A DNA stretch of 64,000 nucleotides, from assembly GCF_003205235.1 (NCBI RefSeq), contig NZ_QJSM01000036.1, forward strand, positions 19,432-83,431. Reading direction: 5' to 3'. Shown in pieces: positions 21,361-30,736 of the stretch. This DNA is from Thermoplasma sp. Kam2015 (GTDB taxonomy: Archaea; Thermoplasmatota; Thermoplasmata; Thermoplasmatales; Thermoplasmataceae). A program made the position numbers and the translations under genes. Each line of letters begins with the position of its first letter. Within the stretch, counting starts at the first letter, position 1. The notes beneath the pieces were generated by a model that ran no database searches, was not told the origin of the DNA, and was given only the letters and a program-made list of their open reading frames with translations.

Positions 21361-22023
21361 CTAATTGGTTCGATCATCGGATCTGCTAGATCGTATCACC
21401 GAGTTTTGAAACGCCTCCTTCAGATCTCTAGCTGCAGACCTGGGATCTGGAGATGAAAAAATGGCTGACACCACTGCGATTCCATCAATATCATATCCAG
21501 AGAATGCAGAGACGTTCGATCTGCTGATACCGCCTATTACGAACACGGGTATGTCAACGTATCTGTGAATATCCTTCAGGACGCCAATATCGTAAATACC
21601 TGCATCCTTCTTTGTTCCTGTGTGAAAGAATGGTCCGAACGCCACATAATCGGCTCCGTTCTGCTCAGCGTATATGGCCATCTCTCTGTCACCATATGTT
21701 GAATAACCTATGAAACCGCTGAAAAGCCTTCTGGCCTCCGGCAACGGCATGTCATCCTTACCTATGTGAACGCCATCAGAATCTATCTCGATTGCAAGAC
21801 TAACGTCATCATCTATGAAGAATGGTATATCATACCTTGAACATATATCCTTGACCTTTCTGGCAACATTCCTCCTTAGCTCCATTGGATTAGTTTTATC
21901 CCTGTATTGAACTATATCTACACCACCAATTATGGCTTCCTCTATTATCCTGTAGAATTCCTCACCGAAATAATCCTGAGTGACGAGGTATAGACCGCTC
22001 AGTTTCTTGCTTTTATCCCTCAT
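21361..22023 (-). CDS. thiE: thiamine-phosphate synthase ThiE
   Basis: 220 aa with ThiE signatures ([10 protein letters not shown]; [16 protein letters not shown]). Confidence 0.85.
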   Translation of the reverse strand: MRDKSKKLSGLYLVTQDYFGEEFYRIIEEAIIGGVDIVQYRDKTNPMELRRNVARKVKDICSRYDIPFFIDDDVSLAIEIDSDGVHIGKDDMPLPEARRLFSGFIGYSTYGDREMAIYAEQNGADYVAFGPFFHTGTKKDAGIYDIGVLKDIHRYVDIPVFVIGGISRSNVSAFSGYDIDGIAVVSAIFSSPDPRSAARDLKEAFQNSVIRSSRSDDRTN

Positions 22024-23066
22024 TTCCAGCCCTTCTTCATACCGTATTCAACAGCAGCCCAGAACGGGTCCTTCTCCGGCGGACCGATCAGCTTCTTCTC
22101 CTTGCCTGTGAGTATCCTCTCCTTTTTATCATCAGTCATCTCACCGATGATGCTTGCTTCGATCCCCTCACCCTTCAATGCAGAGATCAGATCCTGTGCA
22201 AAATTTTCCCTTACGGTCATGAGGAGCGCGCCCTCACTGATCGCCTTCAGGGGATCTATTCCGAAGATTGAACATAAGTCATCTATATAATCGTCTACAT
22301 GTATGCTTTCCTCATATACTCTGATGCCATTACCAGATGAATCTGCAATCTCGAAAAGTGCACCGAGAAGGCCTCCTTCAGTCACGTCGTGCATTGCCGT
22401 TACCCTACTTCTGAGACCGACATTTCTGGCAACCTTACTTTCGTAGACCGTCGTTAATTTCCTGAACAGACCGAAGCCATATGAGTAAGAATCCTCCCCA
22501 AGTCTGGATTTTATGGTTTCCGGGAACAACCTTGTTAGCAGAGCTGCAGCCTCAATCCCCGGCGACTTGGTCAGCACTATTCTGTCTCCCGGCTCCGCCA
22601 TTGAGCTTGTCACGTACTCATCTTCGCCTATGAATCCCATGGCTGTTATACCGCCTATCATGGGAAACGATGTTCCAGCATACCTTGCGGTATGGCCCGT
22701 TATGATAGATGTGCCGAATTTTGATGCTTCACTGGTGAATGCTGACCACATTCTTTCGATTTCATCGTCGGTCATGGAAAGCGGTAAATTAAGATCCACG
22801 GTCATGTAATCAGGATTTGCCCCAGACGTCAGTAGGTCCGATGCCAGGATATGGTATGCAAACCAGGCGGAATCCTCATAACCGAATATGGGATCGAAAT
22901 AGAATGGATCCGTCGTAATCGAGAGAACCCTGCCATCGCCGATCCTTATTATGCCCACATCTACGCCGTTCGCTGGCGGAACAACGTCTACATCATGCCT
23001 TGCACCAGTTCTGGACAGTATCCTTGATGTGAAGAATTCCCTATCGAGCTTTCCTGGTGGTTCCAT
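22020..23066 (-). CDS. AIR-synthase-related (PurM-like) protein, possibly thiamine-monophosphate kinase-like / HypE-like
   Basis: 348 aa with PurM N- and C-domain organisation. It is translationally coupled to thiE by a 4-nt overlap. The exact subfamily is uncertain. Confidence 0.55.
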   Translation of the reverse strand: MEPPGKLDREFFTSRILSRTGARHDVDVVPPANGVDVGIIRIGDGRVLSITTDPFYFDPIFGYEDSAWFAYHILASDLLTSGANPDYMTVDLNLPLSMTDDEIERMWSAFTSEASKFGTSIITGHTARYAGTSFPMIGGITAMGFIGEDEYVTSSMAEPGDRIVLTKSPGIEAAALLTRLFPETIKSRLGEDSYSYGFGLFRKLTTVYESKVARNVGLRSRVTAMHDVTEGGLLGALFEIADSSGNGIRVYEESIHVDDYIDDLCSIFGIDPLKAISEGALLMTVRENFAQDLISALKGEGIEASIIGEMTDDKKERILTGKEKKLIGPPEKDPFWAAVEYGMKKGWK

Positions 23067-23106
23067 GTCTGTACATTGCAGACCATGATAAAACGGTTGT
23101 CTGAAT

Positions 23107-23125
23107 TATTAGCAATATGCTAATA
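23107..23125. promoter_or_regulatory. perfect 19-bp palindrome TATTAGC-AATAT-GCTAATA, nested inside CTGAAT...ATTCAG, in the divergent promoter between the thiE operon and the APC permease operon
   Basis: Read directly in the sequence. 7-bp arms with a 5-bp spacer, flanked by a 6-bp outer inverted repeat (23101-23106 / 23134-23139). It is centred about 60 nt from either start codon. Confidence 0.45.
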
Positions 23126-23174
23126 ATTTTAGTATTCAGTAAATACTAAATAATATTAAAAGATAACTGGCACA

Positions 23175-24737
23175 ATGAATGGCATTGATGGAACCGCAAA
23201 CGATACAGCAATTAGATTGCACGGAGATGTTGGCACATGGGGTGCTATAGCTGAGGAAATATCTGCGATGGCACCGGCCTGTGATACTGTGGCCTTCATG
23301 ACGTCCGCCGCCATGTTCGCATTTGTATTGACCCCTCTGGCCTTTCTCATAGCAACGCTTACGATGTATCTCGAGGTAAACACGCTCTACCACCTTTCCA
23401 AGCATCATGCCAGTGCAGGAGGTTATTACGGCTACATTTCAACGGCACTTGGTTCCAAGAGTGCCATTCTCTCAGGCTTTCTTTACGTCCTCTATCAGGG
23501 TGTAAGCACTGCGGCGATTCCGGTGTACGTAGCTGGTATTCTGCTTCCAGGCGTGGTTCAATACTTCTTCCATATAGTGCTACCAGTATGGATATGGCTT
23601 CCATTTGTGGCTATATTCATAGTTGCACCCATAATACTGGCCATAGCAGGGATAAGACCGCAGATGAAATACGTCAGATATGCAGCTGCCTATGAGGTTG
23701 CATTCCTTGCGATACTTGGTATCATAATAATAATGCACGCTCCGGACAATACGCTCAAGGTGTTCGATCCATTTGCCTGGTCATCATATAATGCTGAGTT
23801 CAGACCGTATGGCGGTCCATTCGCCGGGCTTGGACTTGGGATGATCTTCGGTCTCACCAGCTTCATAGGCTATGGTGGATCTGCACCACTGGGAGAAGAG
23901 GTGAGGGTAAAGAGCTCAATAACCAGATCGCTTGTGTTGGGGCTGCTGATAGTGGGAGCTGTGCTCACTGAGGTTGCATATGCGCTCACAGTCGGATGGG
24001 GCGTAAACAACATGGCCTCCTTTGCTAATGCTGAGATCCCTGGTGTCATCGTCGCAACACTGTATGCAGGTATAATTGGCGGACTGCTCCTATCTCTTAC
24101 CGCCTTCAACTCCGCGTTTTCCGATGCGGTGGCCATGCAGGCTAACGCGGGTAGAGTGTACTTCTCCATGGCACGCGACCGGGTAATACCTCAGGCATTT
24201 GCAAAGATAAGCAAAAGATTCGGAACGCCATACGTCTCGCTGATCTTCATTGCGTTCATTTCTGTCGTTATGAGCCTGCTAGCACCGTTTCTTGTGGAAA
24301 TTGCAATGGGATTCGGGCCGTTTTACCTGATAAGCGGCAGGAATTTGCAGAATATTGATAACATACTTGAAGACTCCTTCGATCTGCTCTCTACGATGGC
24401 TCTTGTTGGTCTGATATCCGTTCACCTGATGCTGAACACGAGCGTGATGACGCTCTTCAGAAGGCTAAAGGAGACCCATTTCGGCTTCCACAAGATAACG
24501 CATCCAATTGAACACTATATACTACCGGCTATTGCCACTGCGGTTTTCATATTCGTACTGTATGAATCTGTTGTGCCACCGGTATTTCCAATAACTCAGG
24601 CGGTTGCGGCCGTGGCCGTATACATAATATTCATGGTGTTCTACATAATGTGGCTTTCCAGAAAGCATCCCGATGTGGTAGAAAATGCGGGAAGACGCAT
24701 CAACCTGATAAGAGAAGAGGAACTCGATGCAAAATGA
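23175..24737 (+). CDS. APC-superfamily amino-acid/polyamine/organocation permease
   Basis: 520 aa with about 12 TM helices and an APC-type G..E/P-rich helix motif (GSAPLGEEVRVKSSITRSL). Confidence 0.8.
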   Translation: MNGIDGTANDTAIRLHGDVGTWGAIAEEISAMAPACDTVAFMTSAAMFAFVLTPLAFLIATLTMYLEVNTLYHLSKHHASAGGYYGYISTALGSKSAILSGFLYVLYQGVSTAAIPVYVAGILLPGVVQYFFHIVLPVWIWLPFVAIFIVAPIILAIAGIRPQMKYVRYAAAYEVAFLAILGIIIIMHAPDNTLKVFDPFAWSSYNAEFRPYGGPFAGLGLGMIFGLTSFIGYGGSAPLGEEVRVKSSITRSLVLGLLIVGAVLTEVAYALTVGWGVNNMASFANAEIPGVIVATLYAGIIGGLLLSLTAFNSAFSDAVAMQANAGRVYFSMARDRVIPQAFAKISKRFGTPYVSLIFIAFISVVMSLLAPFLVEIAMGFGPFYLISGRNLQNIDNILEDSFDLLSTMALVGLISVHLMLNTSVMTLFRRLKETHFGFHKITHPIEHYILPAIATAVFIFVLYESVVPPVFPITQAVAAVAVYIIFMVFYIMWLSRKHPDVVENAGRRINLIREEELDAK

Positions 24738-25623
24738 AAATATCATATTGGATGCAAGACATCTTAATTTTTCCTATCCTGATTTTTCATTGAGAGATAT
24801 AAATATCAGCGTCCATGAAGGGCGTATATATGGAATTCTGGGTATAACTGGATGTGGTAAGACAACGCTGCTTAAGGTCTTGAACGCAGGCCTTAAGCAT
24901 GGGAACGGAGAATTGACATGGAATGGCGGATACTACATCGATGTTCTGAACAGAAGAATGCCAAATTTCGTCTATGTACCGCAGTCAGCAGCCGATTCTC
25001 TTGATACCATAAGCAACGTGATTGATCAGATCGGGAAGGTATTGAAGCAGAGGAATATAGTAATGGATCAAGATCTTCTGGATCAGTATCTTAACATGAT
25101 GGGAAAGGACGTCACCATGTTAAAAAAGAAACCACAATTTCTCAGTCAGGGGGAGAGACACCTTTCCGTCCTTCTGATGGCGATCATGATGCGCCCCAGC
25201 CTTATAATGATGGATGAGCCCACCACCTCTCTCGACAGCGTTGAGGCGCTTGAATTTCTGAATATTGTTAAGAGAATGGCGCATGACTACCACATATCAT
25301 TTATCATATCCGGAACTTCGCCCGAGGTGATAACCTATGTTTCCGATTTCATATACGTCATGATGTGCGGTATGATCTTGGAATATTCTTCGGCAGATGA
25401 TCTTGCCCGTGATCCGCTTCATCCCTATACCCAGATGATTCTCAGGAGAAGGCCTTCGTTGAACACCAAAAATCTCACCTCATTCCGATTCATCTCTGAA
25501 TGCGGTGATGGTGGATGCCCATTCTTGAACTATTGCCCGCATGTCCGTGACGAGTGTAGATCACCGGTAAATATGTTTCAATATCAGTCAAGGTCCGTGA
25601 GGTGCGTCATTTGGAAGAGATAG
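24727..25623 (+). CDS. ABC transporter ATP-binding protein, OppD/DppD-like (orphan)
   Basis: Walker A GITGCGKTT, a degenerate signature LSQGERH, Walker B LIMMDEPTTSLD, and a C-terminal oligopeptide-type HPYT motif (DPLHPYTQMI). Its start overlaps the permease stop by 11 nt. Confidence 0.8.
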   Translation: MQNENIILDARHLNFSYPDFSLRDINISVHEGRIYGILGITGCGKTTLLKVLNAGLKHGNGELTWNGGYYIDVLNRRMPNFVYVPQSAADSLDTISNVIDQIGKVLKQRNIVMDQDLLDQYLNMMGKDVTMLKKKPQFLSQGERHLSVLLMAIMMRPSLIMMDEPTTSLDSVEALEFLNIVKRMAHDYHISFIISGTSPEVITYVSDFIYVMMCGMILEYSSADDLARDPLHPYTQMILRRRPSLNTKNLTSFRFISECGDGGCPFLNYCPHVRDECRSPVNMFQYQSRSVRCVIWKR

Positions 25624-26366
25624 CCATTTCGGCAGAAGGCATAAACAAAACATATCTTGATAGAGCTTCGATGATGAGGTGGAAGAGAAGGGATATAATA
25701 AAGAATTTTTCCTATGATTTCATATCCGGAGTAATATATGGAATAATAGGCGCATCCGGATCTGGAAAGACGACCCTTGCGAATATTCTTGCTGGTTTTG
25801 ATAAACCTGATTCTGGATCTCTGCTTTATTTCGGAAAACCCGCAGGCCATTCAAACAAAAGTATAAGAAATATCTTTCAGGATACCTTCAAATTTCTTAA
25901 CCCTCTGAATTCCGTGGATTGGTATATAGAAAGCGTATCGAAGATAGTATCAGATCGGCATATAATGGAAAATTTACTTTACACCGTCGGGCTTGATCCT
26001 GAAAGATTCGGAAACATGGAGGTAGAAAAGCTGTCTGGAGGACAGCGTCAGAGACTGGCATTTGCAATGGTAGTGGCGCAACGCCCTGATGTTCTGATAC
26101 TTGATGAGCCATTCTCCATGATAGACCCACCCAACAGCATGGTGCTCTTCTCCGTCATGAAAAAATATCTGAAAGGAAGCACTGTAATCTACATAGATCA
26201 CAATCTAGACAGAGTAGCATATCTCTGCGATCATGTCATCGCCTTTGATCATGGGAATATCATAGAAGACGGTGATACTTATTCCATATTCAGGAAGCCG
26301 AAAACAGAGTACGTAAGGAAGCTGATGGATGCGAGCAGATCGATATCCTCGCGCTTAAATATATGA
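25602..26366 (+). CDS. ABC transporter ATP-binding protein, OppF/DppF-like (orphan)
   Basis: Walker A GASGSGKTT, signature LSGGQRQR, Walker B LILDEPFSMID. It overlaps the preceding ATPase by 22 nt. Confidence 0.8.
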   Translation: MRHLEEIAISAEGINKTYLDRASMMRWKRRDIIKNFSYDFISGVIYGIIGASGSGKTTLANILAGFDKPDSGSLLYFGKPAGHSNKSIRNIFQDTFKFLNPLNSVDWYIESVSKIVSDRHIMENLLYTVGLDPERFGNMEVEKLSGGQRQRLAFAMVVAQRPDVLILDEPFSMIDPPNSMVLFSVMKKYLKGSTVIYIDHNLDRVAYLCDHVIAFDHGNIIEDGDTYSIFRKPKTEYVRKLMDASRSISSRLNI

Positions 26367-26499
26367 CATGTTGCCACGTATCATTATCTAATCTCGCGAT
26401 ATGAATAAATAAGAATGGATAAAAATTATTGAATGCTCGAATAAGTCATCGTTCATATCGCTTAGGTAGAAATATCCAATGCCTCAACTGAAAGATGTT

Positions 26500-27291
26500 T
26501 CATTTTGACCCGTACTGCCACCAGTGACACAGTGAACCGTATCCCTGTCCTGTTTCAAATGAATTTCTTATGGCCCCTTCAACATATTCCTTTGCCATAC
26601 GAACCGCCTCTATTTCACTGTAGCCCCTGATCATGTATGAAACTATGGCTGAAGAAAGAGTATCTCCAGTTCCATGCGTGTTCTTTGTTCTAATCCTTGA
26701 ACCCGGGAATTCATGGAAAGAGCTTCCATCATACAGCACATCCAGAGGCGCTGATTGAAGATGCCCTCCCTTCACTAAGACATGAGATCCTGTTTCATTG
26801 TAGATCTTATCTGCTGCAGAATACATATCGTTTGAATCTCTTATGCTGATGCCAGAGAGAATCTCAGCCTCGGGTATGTTTGGTGTGACCATGGTTGATA
26901 TTGGAAGAAGCTTCTTTATGAGCGTCTCTATTGCATCCTCCCTCAGAAGCCTGGCATTACTCTTGGAAACCATCACAGGATCAACGACTATAACCGGTAC
27001 GCCGAATTCAGAAAATTCCTTCGCCACTACCTCTATAATTTCGGATGAGAAGAGCATGCCTGTTTTGGATCCATCTACCCTTATGTCCTTGGCAACGGTC
27101 TCAAACTGCAGCTTCACAAAATCTGGTGGCACAGGCATTATTCCGGATACCTCATATGAGTTCTGTGCCGTGAGTGCAACTATAACGGACATTCCAAATA
27201 CGGAGAGCGAGTTGAATGTTTTGAGATCCGCCTGAATCCCAGCGCCACCACCGCTATCTGAACCCGCAACGGTGAGTGCATGTGGTATCAT
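26500..27291 (-). CDS. thiD: hydroxymethylpyrimidine/phosphomethylpyrimidine kinase ThiD
   Basis: 263 aa with the classic ThiD N-terminus (ALTVAGSDSGGGAGIQADLKT) and ribokinase-like fold motifs. Confidence 0.9.
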   Translation of the reverse strand: MIPHALTVAGSDSGGGAGIQADLKTFNSLSVFGMSVIVALTAQNSYEVSGIMPVPPDFVKLQFETVAKDIRVDGSKTGMLFSSEIIEVVAKEFSEFGVPVIVVDPVMVSKSNARLLREDAIETLIKKLLPISTMVTPNIPEAEILSGISIRDSNDMYSAADKIYNETGSHVLVKGGHLQSAPLDVLYDGSSFHEFPGSRIRTKNTHGTGDTLSSAIVSYMIRGYSEIEAVRMAKEYVEGAIRNSFETGQGYGSLCHWWQYGSK

Positions 27292-27360
27292 ATTTAGTTA
27301 AATACAGCATAACCTAAAAATGCATGTTTTTCATGTTCATGATTACATAATGGCGAAGCC

Positions 27361-28047
27361 CTATCTGAGCTGTCCCATTACGTGGGAGACGGCCTCCGGG
27401 CTCATGTTAGTAACCAATAGCGGAATATTTTCAATATCTGCAAGTTTTATGGCAAGATCATCCACGTTATCTGGCTGTATGTAAACTACGGCTGCCGGCT
27501 TCAGTGGATGCACTCTAATGGCTATCATTGGGCTCCTTCCGAATTTTACGTCCGTGAAAAATATGGCTCTCTCCGATGACCAACCGTATAGTCTGCTGTA
27601 TTCATAATAAGAAAAGGCAAGTATCGCCTTTACGCCATCCACTATCGTGTATCCGCGTATATCGCGGTCTATCGATACATGCGATACATTTGTTCCATTT
27701 ATGGTCCTTATCGCCTTCTCCAGTGGAACGTCCCTATCATAATCCTTTATATCGATAAGTGCCTCTGAAGGCACCCCACTCTTGTATTTCTTTATGATGT
27801 AGCCGCCTCTCCGTTCATCTATCGTTATCAGAGCGTCGACTATCTTCCTCACAGAGGCGATGCTCGGGAACTTTCTTCTTCCGGTTTCATAATCACTTAT
27901 GACCGATGGAGACTGGTGAAGAAAATTGGAAAGCTCATGCTGGGATATCTTAAACTCTTCCCGCCATTTCCTGATCGTCTCAGCTGGAGAATCAGAAAGC
28001 GTTATTTCTCCTGCTATCTTCTCTCTTAGTTCAATATCCATGATCAT
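27361..28047 (-). CDS. HTH (XRE-type) transcriptional regulator with C-terminal uncharacterised domain (COG1395-like)
   Basis: 228 aa with an N-terminal helix-turn-helix (ISQHELSNFLHQSPSVISDYETGRRKFPSIASVRKI) and a C-terminal domain of about 150 aa. It lies immediately upstream of thiD in the same orientation. Confidence 0.6.
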   Translation of the reverse strand: MIMDIELREKIAGEITLSDSPAETIRKWREEFKISQHELSNFLHQSPSVISDYETGRRKFPSIASVRKIVDALITIDERRGGYIIKKYKSGVPSEALIDIKDYDRDVPLEKAIRTINGTNVSHVSIDRDIRGYTIVDGVKAILAFSYYEYSRLYGWSSERAIFFTDVKFGRSPMIAIRVHPLKPAAVVYIQPDNVDDLAIKLADIENIPLLVTNMSPEAVSHVMGQLR

Positions 28048-28235
28048 GCTAACATCAGGTTGTATATAGAATTGCCGAATGTTGATTCGACATGAAACGT
28101 ATAGACTGGCAGTTCAATTATTACAATATTAATATGATTGTTCTAAATAATGCTGATAGATGATATTTATCTTGATGCTATATGCCTCATATATGCCATA
28201 GCAAAAATTAAGATTGATAATAAATTAGGGGCACA

Positions 28236-28559
28236 ATGGAAATAGATATCAATTATTTCAGACAGCTCGATATAAGGGCCGTTAAGGTTGTTTCTGCTGA
28301 AAAGGTGGAAAAATCCAGAAGCCTGCTTCGTCTGATCGTCGATCTTGGGGGAGAGCAGAAGCAGATAATATCCAGCATAGCAGATTACTACAATCCATCA
28401 GATCTTGTGGGTAAGACGATAATAATACTGAACAATTTAAAACCAGCAAAGTTCATGGGCCTTGAAAGTCAGGGTATGCTTCTGGCAGTGGATAACGAAG
28501 AAGGAGTGAAACTGCTGACAGTTGATGGCGAGGTAAAACCCGGATCGAAGGTATCCTGA
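28236..28559 (+). CDS. tRNA-binding domain protein (Trbp111/CsaA/MetRS-C-terminal-like OB fold)
   Basis: 107 aa with a Myf-domain signature (LDIRAVKVVSAEKV...LVGKTIIILNNLKPAKFMGLESQGMLLA). Confidence 0.75.
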   Translation: MEIDINYFRQLDIRAVKVVSAEKVEKSRSLLRLIVDLGGEQKQIISSIADYYNPSDLVGKTIIILNNLKPAKFMGLESQGMLLAVDNEEGVKLLTVDGEVKPGSKVS

Positions 28560-29824
28560 TGTCGTGGGCAGATAAATATAGACCCAGGAATATAGATGAT
28601 CTGATACTTAATTCTGAAATAAGAAAGCAGATAATAGACTGGATAGAGTCCTGGAAAGAGGGCATACCGAAGAAGAGATCGCTGATACTCTATGGATCTC
28701 AGGGTACCGGCAAGACAACAACAGCCTATGCCATAGCGGGTACACTGGGTGTTCCCGTGGTGGAGATGAACGCATCTGATCAGAGAAATAGAGACAGCAT
28801 GAAGAGTACCGCACTCATGGCCTCTCTCTACGGCGATCTTTTCGTGGACTCAGAGAGGAGGCCATCAAAGGTGATTCTGATAGATGAAGCAGACAACATG
28901 TTCGAGAGAGGCGGCGATACCGGAGGCATATACGAACTTTCCAGAATAATAAAGAATTCAGCGAATCCGATCGTAATAACGATGAATGATATCTTTGAAT
29001 TCAGAAAGAAGAACTATGCGTCTGATGTTGTATCGAATTCCCTTGTGATAGAGATGAAACAGTACGCCAGAAGACTCGATAGGAATTACAATGAATTCCG
29101 CAGAAACATAAAGGCAAGATTGCTGTTCATACTGAAGAATGAGGGATATACACTTCCAGATCAGGTTGTTGACAGAATAATAGATAGAAACATGCCTGAC
29201 ATACGTAGCATGATAAATGATCTCGAGGCTTCCGCTGTGTCCGGTACAAACATAAGTGATCAGAGTGCGAGGGATGTACCTGAGATAGTTTATTACATGG
29301 TAGATAAGGCCTTCAAGAGAAATTACGATGAAACACTTAGATCGATCTATGGATCTGATATCGATGATTCATATTATGTAAGCTGGATAGATGAAAATTT
29401 GCCGATGAAGACCGCGGATATGAAAGATCTTGCATCTGCCTATGATCTGATATCTTATGCTGATCACATACTGTGGGCAATGGAAAGAAAGAGACATTAT
29501 GAGCTAATGGCATTTCCAATGGAAATAGCTGGTGGAGTGGCATACTACATAGAGAACATGAGGCATGAATACGTCAAATATCAAAGCCCGTCTTACATCA
29601 GCCAGATGTCGAGAACAAAGGAAAAGAGGCATAACATGACTTCTCTCGCACTTAAGCTTGGACTTCTGGTTCACATGAGCGCAGAGAGAACAATGGATTA
29701 TCTCTGGTTCTATAGCCTGATCTATCAGAAGAATGATACGCTGAGAAATCTCATTAATGACAAACTGAATCTGAGCCAGGGTGAGGAGAGCATTCTTTCA
29801 GATCTCTCTTCCACTTCAAAGTAA
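28559..29824 (+). CDS. rfcL: replication factor C large subunit
   Basis: 421 aa with the DKYRP motif, an AAA+ Walker A (GSQGTGKTT), a DEAD-like Walker B (ILIDEADNM), and length typical of archaeal RfcL. Confidence 0.85.
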   Translation: MSWADKYRPRNIDDLILNSEIRKQIIDWIESWKEGIPKKRSLILYGSQGTGKTTTAYAIAGTLGVPVVEMNASDQRNRDSMKSTALMASLYGDLFVDSERRPSKVILIDEADNMFERGGDTGGIYELSRIIKNSANPIVITMNDIFEFRKKNYASDVVSNSLVIEMKQYARRLDRNYNEFRRNIKARLLFILKNEGYTLPDQVVDRIIDRNMPDIRSMINDLEASAVSGTNISDQSARDVPEIVYYMVDKAFKRNYDETLRSIYGSDIDDSYYVSWIDENLPMKTADMKDLASAYDLISYADHILWAMERKRHYELMAFPMEIAGGVAYYIENMRHEYVKYQSPSYISQMSRTKEKRHNMTSLALKLGLLVHMSAERTMDYLWFYSLIYQKNDTLRNLINDKLNLSQGEESILSDLSSTSK

Positions 29825-29973
29825 GAATAAATATGAACAAATTCTAAATTTTTGATTGACCAATATTAATTTCGTATATGGAAGGATGACAATGATCGTC
29901 CATATCTTTTCAAAATCCAAGATGAAAATTTTCAAAGACGTATACTGATTGTTACTATGGACAAAGACATGAT

Positions 29974-30141
29974 CATGGTGGCCAGAATATTTTTGCCAGT
30001 TCAACTATGATCGCAACGGCTATACCCATATACACAACCAGCTTCGGATCAAGTGCAGGACCCTTTATCTCTTCCTCCTCAAAGTATCTAATAAGTCCAG
30101 CACCGGACTGAAAACCCTCAGTTTTCCTATCTGACGCCATC
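29974..30141 (-). CDS. secG: preprotein translocase subunit Sec61beta/SecG (archaeal), 55 aa
   Basis: Absent from the ORF track. Manual translation gives MASDRKTEGFQSGAGLIRYFEEEEIKGPALDPKLVVYMGIAVAIIVELAKIFWPP, i.e. the archaeal Sec61beta signature (GLIRYFEEE) followed by a single C-terminal TM helix. Confidence 0.8.
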
Positions 30142-30196
30142 AGCGATCCTCCTCAAGATCAGAAATGAATATTTAACTCTATCGAATTATACGGCT

Positions 30197-30580
30197 TTAT
30201 TTCTTAGCCTTCTTGATCTGATACAGGATCATCTTGTCGTAATCCACCGTATATCTTATCTTTTTGGATTTCAATATTTTCTCTATTTCTTCTGTTTTTT
30301 CCCTTACTTCATCGCTCACGACACCACGATAAAGTATCATTTCCTTCCTGTCGAGTGGAAAAACCAGCTTATACTTTGCATCGTCCTTGATATAACCCAG
30401 AGGCTTTTTGTTCTTATGCATCTCCTCCAAATTCAACTGAAGCATAACCTGATCGAACTGCTGATCCTCGGGGTTTTTCTTATTTTCAACAACCATAGAA
30501 TAAATATCGGGAAAAGCCTTTTCTAGTTTGCTCCATTCGAATTTATCGTCAAAGATTATATGCCCACTCCAGGTCTTCAT
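30197..30580 (-). CDS. hypothetical protein (Lys/Glu-rich, 127 aa)
   Basis: A 127-aa ORF with a charged C-terminal half. No family recognised by eye. Confidence 0.45.
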   Translation of the reverse strand: MKTWSGHIIFDDKFEWSKLEKAFPDIYSMVVENKKNPEDQQFDQVMLQLNLEEMHKNKKPLGYIKDDAKYKLVFPLDRKEMILYRGVVSDEVREKTEEIEKILKSKKIRYTVDYDKMILYQIKKAKK

Positions 30581-30736
30581 CTGACTAAGATATACTGATC
30601 TTGTACAAGAATTTTCAGATCGAGAATGGCACGGACACGAACTTATCTTTTCAATTTTTACATTATCATTACACAGGACTTATAGCCTCTTTTATGATGA
30701 ATACTCTTATCCGATCTAATCCATTGTTTTATATTT

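Noticed and set aside
21361-28235. TPP riboswitch upstream of the thi genes or transporter
   Set aside because: I looked for the CUGAGA / ACCUGAUCUGGAUAAUGCCAGCG-type core in the 23067-23174, 27292-27360 and 28048-28235 intergenic regions on both strands. Nothing resembling it is present.
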